From NCBI GenBank assembly GCA_027317865.1, contig DAHVQG010000013.1:1-64000 (forward strand): a stretch of 64,000 nucleotides of DNA. The letters run 5' to 3'. Of the stretch, positions 57,816 through 64,000 are shown one piece after another. Position 1 is the first letter of the stretch; each line of letters opens with the position of its first letter. This DNA is from Bdellovibrionales bacterium. GTDB lineage: Bacteria; Bdellovibrionota; Bdellovibrionia; Bdellovibrionales; UBA1609. Below the pieces are notes generated by a model. That model saw only the letters and a list, made by a program, of their open reading frames with translations, ran no database searches and was not told the origin of the DNA. A program made the position numbers and the translations under genes.

Positions 57816-60152
57816 CTAAAATCTCCAGGCGATTCCGGCGCCCCATTCGTAGTCTGAAGCCCACTCGGCGACGCCAGAAAACGCTTTCGACAGGAGGTAT
57901 GACATTCGAACTCTACCGGTCCAGAGTTCGTGTGTGTCGTATTCAGCCTCAAGTGTAAGATTGAGGCGCGGCAAAAGAGTTATGGACTTGTCGAGATAAA
58001 ATCGCGCCCCGCCGTTTGAATCAATCCACTCGCGAGATTGAAAATTGAGCGGCAAAAGATAGTCGATACCCGCAACGGCGCGGCCATTACGAGAGGGATA
58101 TTTGTTGCCACCAAAAAGGTCAGCGCCAATAAAAGGTGTAAAAAACCGGTTCACATAACGGCCATAGGTAAGAATAGATTCCCATTCGGTCGACCGAACG
58201 TTATCCCAGCCGGATTCCCACTGCGCAGTGAGAATGTTTCGTGTGCTTGATGTGGTTAAATAGCCGTCGGACAATTGACTCAAAAAATTCGCTTGGCCCC
58301 ACGCATACCATGGGTCACGGTACAACTTTGGCCGTATGGCTTTAAGTGTCGCGCTGGGGTGAAAGCCTTCGTAGTGAACCACTCGCGCCATGCCGCTCGC
58401 CATATGGTAAAGGAAATGACAGTGAAAAAACCAGTCGCCCATTGCATCAGCTTTAAATTCAATGACGACCGTCGACATCGGTGGCACGTCAACCGTATGT
58501 TTCAGTGGCGCGTAGACCCCCTGACCGTTTATAACTCTGAAGAAATGCCCGTGAAGGTGCATCGGGTGATGCATCATGGTTCGATTAATCAAAATAAAAC
58601 GGGCCACATAACCTTTTTTTATTCTAATCTCGTTGTTTGCCGATAGCCGATGACTATTCAAGAGCCAAACGTAGCGCTTCATATCGCCGTCGAGCGTGAG
58701 ACGAAAAGTTTGTACCGGAACCTTTTTCGAAAATGCAGTGGGATGAACGGCGCGAAGTTTATTATACGGCGACCATGGCCGTCGTGGGTCCATACCGTCT
58801 ACGGCAAGATTTTTTCGCGAAGATATATCGGTAGCCAGGGGCCAGAAATCGTAAGCGTATTTTTTGGCGTCTTGGGGGTAAGAAACTTGCACGTTTGACT
58901 TAGATATTTCGTGTTTAGGCGACTTTGGCTTCATAGCGCCGGTGGGCATGGACATGCCTGACATCGACGTCATTGACGTCATTGACGTTTTCATCATCTT
59001 CATGCCGGCGCCCATAATGTGAGGCTTGTCGAATATCCCCGCTTCGACGCGCGAATCGGACATCCCCATCGTCCCTTGCGGAGTGAGTGCAAAAACTCGC
59101 CGCCAAGTGAGTTTGCCCATGGTGGCATAAAGATTTGGCCATGGGATTGCGGGCGCAGCATGCGGCTGGCCATGGCCAACCCAAATAGAAGCAAAACCTG
59201 AACCGTCTTCGGCCGTGGCGCGAAGTTCGTAAGAACCGCGTTGTGGAACATGAATCAAAACATCATACGTCTCGCCCACAGCAATCAATAGCCGCTTCTG
59301 TAGAAACGGCTGAACTCTTTGCCCGTCCGCCGCAATAATTTTCATTGGCCCGCCGGCATATTGTAAATAAAAATAGGTCATCGAGGCCGCATTCACAAAG
59401 CGTAAGCGTATCCAGTGACCGCGCAGAGATTGCCTGTGCGGGGCCAAAATATGCACCGTCGTTTTGCCGTTGGCTAAAAAATAATCGTAAGCAACATCGG
59501 AAATATCCATCGGCGGCATCCGCAAAAGTTCGCGCTTGAAGTAATCTTCGAGACGGCCGGCGCGAATAGCTCCGATCAAACTTTGTGCTGTGCCTTTTTC
59601 GATTGAATACCAGTCGAGCCCGCGTTTGAGGGTGTTTAGAATTTCGCTCGGCCTCTCGGTCGTCCAATCTGTAAGAACAACGGGCTCATCAAGAATGTTC
59701 TTACGTTTGTGATTTTTTTTTGTGATGACAATTGCGCCGACGATTCCGCGTTGTTCTTGAAGGCCGAAATGAGAGTGATACCAGTACGTGCCGCTTTGGC
59801 GAATCGGGAATTTATACGTATAACTTTGATGCGGCGGAATAGGTGCGCCCGTGAGGTACGGAACCCCATCCATCTGATTTGGAACCAAAATTCCGTGCCA
59901 ATGTAGCGATGTCGGAACATCAAGCTCGTTGCACACGTGAATGACAGCCTCATCGCCTTCGACAAATCGGAGGACCGGCCCGGGGCTCGTGCCGTTAATT
60001 GTGAAATCAGTCGCCGATTTGTTTCCGATTTGAACCCGCTTTTTTGCAATTGTTAAATTATATGAAACCGTTTTCGCATTCGCGATGCCGACGAAGAATA
60101 GAGCGGCGACGGCAAACATGCTGAAGGTGAATCTGTTTTGATTAATTGTCAT
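57816..60152 (-). CDS. copA: CopA-type multicopper oxidase with Met-rich insert and C-terminal CopB-like barrel
   Basis: HWHG, YWYHSH, HPMHLHGH and HCHFLYHM copper motifs; MKMMKTSMTSMTSMSGMSM insert; barrel-like C-terminus ending in F. Confidence 0.92.
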   Translation of the reverse strand: MTINQNRFTFSMFAVAALFFVGIANAKTVSYNLTIAKKRVQIGNKSATDFTINGTSPGPVLRFVEGDEAVIHVCNELDVPTSLHWHGILVPNQMDGVPYLTGAPIPPHQSYTYKFPIRQSGTYWYHSHFGLQEQRGIVGAIVITKKNHKRKNILDEPVVLTDWTTERPSEILNTLKRGLDWYSIEKGTAQSLIGAIRAGRLEDYFKRELLRMPPMDISDVAYDYFLANGKTTVHILAPHRQSLRGHWIRLRFVNAASMTYFYLQYAGGPMKIIAADGQRVQPFLQKRLLIAVGETYDVLIHVPQRGSYELRATAEDGSGFASIWVGHGQPHAAPAIPWPNLYATMGKLTWRRVFALTPQGTMGMSDSRVEAGIFDKPHIMGAGMKMMKTSMTSMTSMSGMSMPTGAMKPKSPKHEISKSNVQVSYPQDAKKYAYDFWPLATDISSRKNLAVDGMDPRRPWSPYNKLRAVHPTAFSKKVPVQTFRLTLDGDMKRYVWLLNSHRLSANNEIRIKKGYVARFILINRTMMHHPMHLHGHFFRVINGQGVYAPLKHTVDVPPMSTVVIEFKADAMGDWFFHCHFLYHMASGMARVVHYEGFHPSATLKAIRPKLYRDPWYAWGQANFLSQLSDGYLTTSSTRNILTAQWESGWDNVRSTEWESILTYGRYVNRFFTPFIGADLFGGNKYPSRNGRAVAGIDYLLPLNFQSREWIDSNGGARFYLDKSITLLPRLNLTLEAEYDTHELWTGRVRMSYLLSKAFSGVAEWASDYEWGAGIAWRF

Positions 60153-60164
60153 TATGTCGAACGC

Positions 60165-60587
60165 CTACATTGAGCTGTAAGTTTGTGAACCGCCAAGATG
60201 GCCCTGCACAATGAGTGCTAAAACAAAAATGATAGCGATGGCAATATAAAAAGAATTCACAAATTTCTGCTGACGGTGCAATCGATGTCTTGAATAAAAT
60301 AAACCAAATAACAAAATAGCTAAACTCGTTCCTAGCCATTTGTGAATCGTCATGCCGAGTACCCCGTTGTCGTCTTTCATCCAGAATAACCAACCCGCAG
60401 CGGCGGTAAACGGCGTCACCACCGTTGCGCATAATAACGCCCACCAGCCGGTCTCGCGCAGAAAAATATTTTTCTTATATTTCGCCAAACAGTCGCTAAA
60501 AACTGAAAACGGTATGAGTGCGGCGGTGAAATTAACCAATATCGGGTGCAATTTCGTCGCGTTAACGAATTGTCGCAATATCTCCAT
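60165..60587 (-). CDS. DUF2231 family membrane protein
   Basis: LHPILVNF, H..LG and QGHLGG motifs; 4 TMs; AGGAG RBS; upstream of copA. Confidence 0.85.
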   Translation of the reverse strand: MEILRQFVNATKLHPILVNFTAALIPFSVFSDCLAKYKKNIFLRETGWWALLCATVVTPFTAAAGWLFWMKDDNGVLGMTIHKWLGTSLAILLFGLFYSRHRLHRQQKFVNSFYIAIAIIFVLALIVQGHLGGSQTYSSM

Positions 60588-60667
60588 CGATGACTCCTTG
60601 AGTTCACCTTAGAGGATAAATGAATGATCTGGCGTCGTCAATAAAATGATTAATTTATGCGAAGTCG

Positions 60668-61894
60668 TCAGTCGCGACGGCTGGCTTGTGCCTGCCAACG
60701 GCGCCACTCCTCGATCTTTTTTTGAATTGTGACGGGGTTGTCACCGGCTACAATGACCGGGCCATGAGGGTTGCGGACAAGAAGCGTTTCGGTCACGGCG
60801 TTTAAGAAAGTTGGATTTTTAGAATTGTCCAGAGCGTGAACTAATAAAAACATATTTTGTAGCGAAGGTTGCTCGCGTAAACGTGCGATAATTTCAGTTT
60901 GCAATTCAAACGGCTCGTTCGGGCGATCTAAGATTTGGGATAAAATCGGACGTAGCGCTGGTAGCGCCTCCTCGGGCAGGCTGTTGAGTGCGGTTACCCG
61001 TGTGGCGACGCTTGCTCGCGAGTTTTCTACAATTTTTAAGCTTGAATTGTAAGGACTCAACCAGTTCGAAGCATCCATGTCTGAGCCAAATGCCCCAAAC
61101 TGTTCCGAGGCTACAAACCATGGGGAGTGCGGATACTGTACGCCCCAAGTATCGTTGGCCACTTTTTCAAATATGTATTGGCCGTGCGGCGTATTTACAA
61201 CAAATTTAGTGTCTTTTCGGCCAGCGGCCAAGGCGATTCGAAATGCAACCGGAAACTGCTTCAGGCTATTGATGAAATTTGAAAAATAACTCCAGTTGAC
61301 GTTGAAATTCGGTTTTTGGCTTTGCCAACCGTCAATCAGTTCATTTGCGTTGTTATCATTTGTCTTGTTAAATGCCGCAATTGTTTTGCCGTGAGCTATA
61401 ACTGAAAATCGGTTACCTAAATAGATAGAAAGAGATTCGTTTTGCGACGTGAACCATTTGCGGCTGAGTGGAAGTGAGTAAAGGCCTTCACCGGTGACGT
61501 GTACACAATATTTACCGTTCGAAACTAATCGCCGCGCAAAGTAAACAAATCGTTTGGTCGGAAACGGCTCAGCCAAGTTTTTATCCGGTTGCCGGATGAT
61601 CGTGAGGTCGGGGTATTTGGGGAGCGGTCCGCAGTCTTCGGCGAGGTTCGAACGAAATAGCGGCAATACATAAATGAACGGACGACTTGACGCGACTCGA
61701 CCGTTGAACAGAACTTTGCCGTCGGTGACATTTACCGAGAAGTGATCATATCGAGACAAAAAGTCATATTGTACAGCTTGCGCCCGTCGCGAGGCGAAAA
61801 CGAGGCACGTCGTTACGATGCAACTCGACGTAAGAACAGCCGAGCGAACCATCGGACCAAGAGTGAACTTTTTTGCGTTCTCATATTGGTTCAT
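60668..61894 (-). CDS. Secreted hypothetical protein with helical (HEAT-like) C-terminus
   Basis: Signal-like leader ending AQA; beta-rich N-terminal two-thirds; helical C-terminus ending IEEWRRW. Confidence 0.65.
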   Translation of the reverse strand: MNQYENAKKFTLGPMVRSAVLTSSCIVTTCLVFASRRAQAVQYDFLSRYDHFSVNVTDGKVLFNGRVASSRPFIYVLPLFRSNLAEDCGPLPKYPDLTIIRQPDKNLAEPFPTKRFVYFARRLVSNGKYCVHVTGEGLYSLPLSRKWFTSQNESLSIYLGNRFSVIAHGKTIAAFNKTNDNNANELIDGWQSQKPNFNVNWSYFSNFINSLKQFPVAFRIALAAGRKDTKFVVNTPHGQYIFEKVANDTWGVQYPHSPWFVASEQFGAFGSDMDASNWLSPYNSSLKIVENSRASVATRVTALNSLPEEALPALRPILSQILDRPNEPFELQTEIIARLREQPSLQNMFLLVHALDNSKNPTFLNAVTETLLVRNPHGPVIVAGDNPVTIQKKIEEWRRWQAQASRRD

Positions 61895-61922
61895 ATTCTC
61901 ATTCTGGCACGAGTCGAGCCGA

Positions 61923-61970
61923 ACTCAAAATGAGTCTAAAAAAACGTGCCAAAAACGCCTCAAAATGAGA
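61923..61970. promoter_or_regulatory. Two copies of palindrome CTCA-AAA-TGAG
   Basis: CTCAAAATGAG at 61924-61934 and 61959-61969 in the divergent intergenic region. Confidence 0.5.
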
Positions 61971-62044
61971 AAGTGTCAATTGGTTAGACGCCTTCACGCC
62001 GTTGGCTTCGGGCACCAAGCCAGATTTATGACAAAGGAGCATCT

Positions 62045-64000
62045 ATGGGCAACTTCATTGAATCCCTTCACCAATTTTTAACTACACCGCCGACCGCAGT
62101 GCTTGTTCTTTGCTTGATCGTCGCAGCACTTTTACTGGGCTACTTTGGCGCGCCGTTATTTTTATGGGGTATTGTCGCACTTCTAGTGATGCTCGGGCTG
62201 CATGCGCCGTTTTGGTCGCTCGGTGCGGTGATCGCCGTTGTTGTCGTTTTTTCGCTCCCGCCGATTCGTCAAATTTTATTTAGCTCATGGATCATGAGTT
62301 TTATGAAGGGCATATTGCCTAAAATCTCCGAAACTGAGCGCACAGCGCTTGAAGCCGGTGTGGTTTGGATGGAAGCCGAGCTGTTCTCCGGTCGGCCTAA
62401 TTTTAAAAAACTGATGTCGCAACCGTACCCAAAATTGAGCGCCGACGAAAAAGCGTTTCTCGACGGGCCGGTTGAAGAATTGTGCAAAATGATTAACGAG
62501 TGGCACATCTATAAAACGCGAGATATTCCCGAACCGGCCTATCGGTTTATGAAAGAAAAAGGCTTTTTGGGGATGATCATTCCCAAAGAATACGGCGGGC
62601 TTGGATTTTCAGCTTACGCGCATTCCGAAGTGGTCATGAAAATTTCGAGCCGCTCGGTCGCAACGGCTGTGACGGTGATGGTGCCGAACTCGTTGGGGCC
62701 CGCTGAACTGCTTATTCATTACGGTACGGACGCACAGAAAAAATACTGGCTGCCGCGACTTGCGCGAGGCGAAGATATTCCGTGTTTCGGTTTAACTGAA
62801 CCGCAGGCGGGGAGTGACGCCGGTTCGATCGTTTCAGAAGGTGTTCTCGAAAAAGGTAAAGACGGTGAAATTTATGTAAGGCTTTCGTGGAACAAACGCT
62901 GGATCACGCTCGCGGCGATTTCGTCAGTAATCGGTTTAGCGTTTCGGTTGCGCGATCCTGAGAATTTGCTTGGCCGCGGGCCTGATCTAGGCATTACGTG
63001 CGGATTGATACCGGCGAAAACTCCGGGAGTGGTGTTGGGCCGCCGGCACGACCCGCTCAGTATCCCGTTCTACAATTGTCCTACGCAGGGTAAAAATGTT
63101 GTGCTGAAAGCCAATGACGCCATAATCGGCGGTCTTGAACGCGCCGGTCACGGCTGGCAAATGTTGATGGAGTCGCTTGCTGCGGGTCGCGGGATTTCGC
63201 TCCCGGCGCAAAGTGCGGCGGGGGTAAAATTGACGACGCGTGCGGCATCGGCTCATGCGACGATTCGAAAGCAATTTGGCGTCTCGATCAGTAAGTTTGA
63301 AGGCGTTGAAGAACCGTTGGCGCGGATTGGTGCGACGACCTATTACGTCGATGCCATGCGCCTCTATACACTCAGCGCGCTCGATCAAGGTGTAAAACCG
63401 CCGATTGTGACCGCGATGACCAAATATCTGACGACCGAACAAAGTCGTAAATGTGTCACTGACGGAATGGATGTCATGGGCGGCGCCGGTATAACATTGG
63501 GCCCTCGAAACAGTTTAGCCATTCAGTATATTGGCGCGCCGATCGGCATTACGGTTGAAGGTGCCAACATTCTTACCCGGACGTTGATGATTTTTGGCCA
63601 AGGTGCCATGCGCGCCCATCCGTTTGCGTACAAAGAAATTAACGCTGTTGAGCGCGGTGATCTACGCGGATTTGATCGGGCTTTTTGGGGTCACATCGGA
63701 CACATCGCTCGCAACAAATGCCGTTCGATCGTACTGAGCGTCACACGTGCGCGGTTTGCTAGCCGTGGATTAGGCGGTCCAGTCGGTCGGTATTATCAAA
63801 AGTTGTCTTGGTCGTCGGCGACCTTTGCGTTCTTTGCCGATCTTGCGATGGGGCTTCTCGGCGGCCAGCTTAAATTCAAAGAAAAAATCACGGGTCGGTT
63901 TGCCGATATTATGTGCTGGATGTATGTGGCCACCGGTGTACTTCGTAAGTGGGAAGCCGAAGGTCGCCAAAAAAGCGATCTCCCTTTTGTGCGCTATTCA
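62045..64000 (+). CDS. fadE: Acyl-CoA dehydrogenase FadE (long type), 3'-truncated by the window edge
   Basis: Read manually (not in ORF track): AAGGAG RBS, MGNFIESL..., LPKISETERTALEAG..W.EAELFSG, MVPNSLGPAELL, PCFGLTEPQAGSDAGS, RKQFG, ITVEGANILTR. Confidence 0.95.
   Translation, partial: MGNFIESLHQFLTTPPTAVLVLCLIVAALLLGYFGAPLFLWGIVALLVMLGLHAPFWSLGAVIAVVVVFSLPPIRQILFSSWIMSFMKGILPKISETERTALEAGVVWMEAELFSGRPNFKKLMSQPYPKLSADEKAFLDGPVEELCKMINEWHIYKTRDIPEPAYRFMKEKGFLGMIIPKEYGGLGFSAYAHSEVVMKISSRSVATAVTVMVPNSLGPAELLIHYGTDAQKKYWLPRLARGEDIPCFGLTEPQAGSDAGSIVSEGVLEKGKDGEIYVRLSWNKRWITLAAISSVIGLAFRLRDPENLLGRGPDLGITCGLIPAKTPGVVLGRRHDPLSIPFYNCPTQGKNVVLKANDAIIGGLERAGHGWQMLMESLAAGRGISLPAQSAAGVKLTTRAASAHATIRKQFGVSISKFEGVEEPLARIGATTYYVDAMRLYTLSALDQGVKPPIVTAMTKYLTTEQSRKCVTDGMDVMGGAGITLGPRNSLAIQYIGAPIGITVEGANILTRTLMIFGQGAMRAHPFAYKEINAVERGDLRGFDRAFWGHIGHIARNKCRSIVLSVTRARFASRGLGGPVGRYYQKLSWSSATFAFFADLAMGLLGGQLKFKEKITGRFADIMCWMYVATGVLRKWEAEGRQKSDLPFVRYS

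Noticed and set aside
62269-63970. Minus-strand ORFs in the track
   Set aside because: Antisense shadows of fadE, which the track missed because it runs off the window edge

Overview
This is a 64-kb bacterial chromosome segment, most likely Bdellovibrionota (Oligoflexia/Bdellovibrionales-like). That assignment is inferred from two TIGR02147/DUF4423 paralogues, spoVG, DUF1844, a REC-PilZ regulator, a bat operon and many signal-peptide orphan proteins. Housekeeping or widespread genes include a YccA-like protein, yjbQ, cytochrome c4-hemN, a PLP decarboxylase, class II RNR nrdJ, spoVG, htrA, a moxR-DUF58-batABCD operon running into slt and mltD, an S1/P1 nuclease, mrp, rmuC, a two-component cluster, a Zur-regulated metal ABC/porin cassette, an MMPL transporter, a CopA-CopB-type multicopper oxidase and a partial fadE. 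There are two tRNAs, Gln(TTG) and initiator Met. The most unusual part is a ~6-kb integrase-less islet (about 43.3-49.6 kb) downstream of tRNA-fMet. It is bracketed by a 17-bp direct repeat and tRNA-3'-like remnants, and starts with an RPE1-like palindrome fused to the tRNA CCA end. Inside, two DUF4423 HTH regulators are paired with secreted proteins that share signal peptide + GGGG + LHExxR and have unrelated C-termini, a candidate regulator/polymorphic-effector system. Other oddities are an S1/P1 nuclease with GGWHHGGS octarepeats, an HtpX lacking its Zn ligands, a secreted GNAT heading a signalling cluster, and a small ORF with an in-frame amber codon. There are also recurrent sigma54, sigma28 and palindromic motifs. 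No CRISPR array, rRNA, integrase or transposase was seen. All family calls come from motif recognition by eye; no searches were run.
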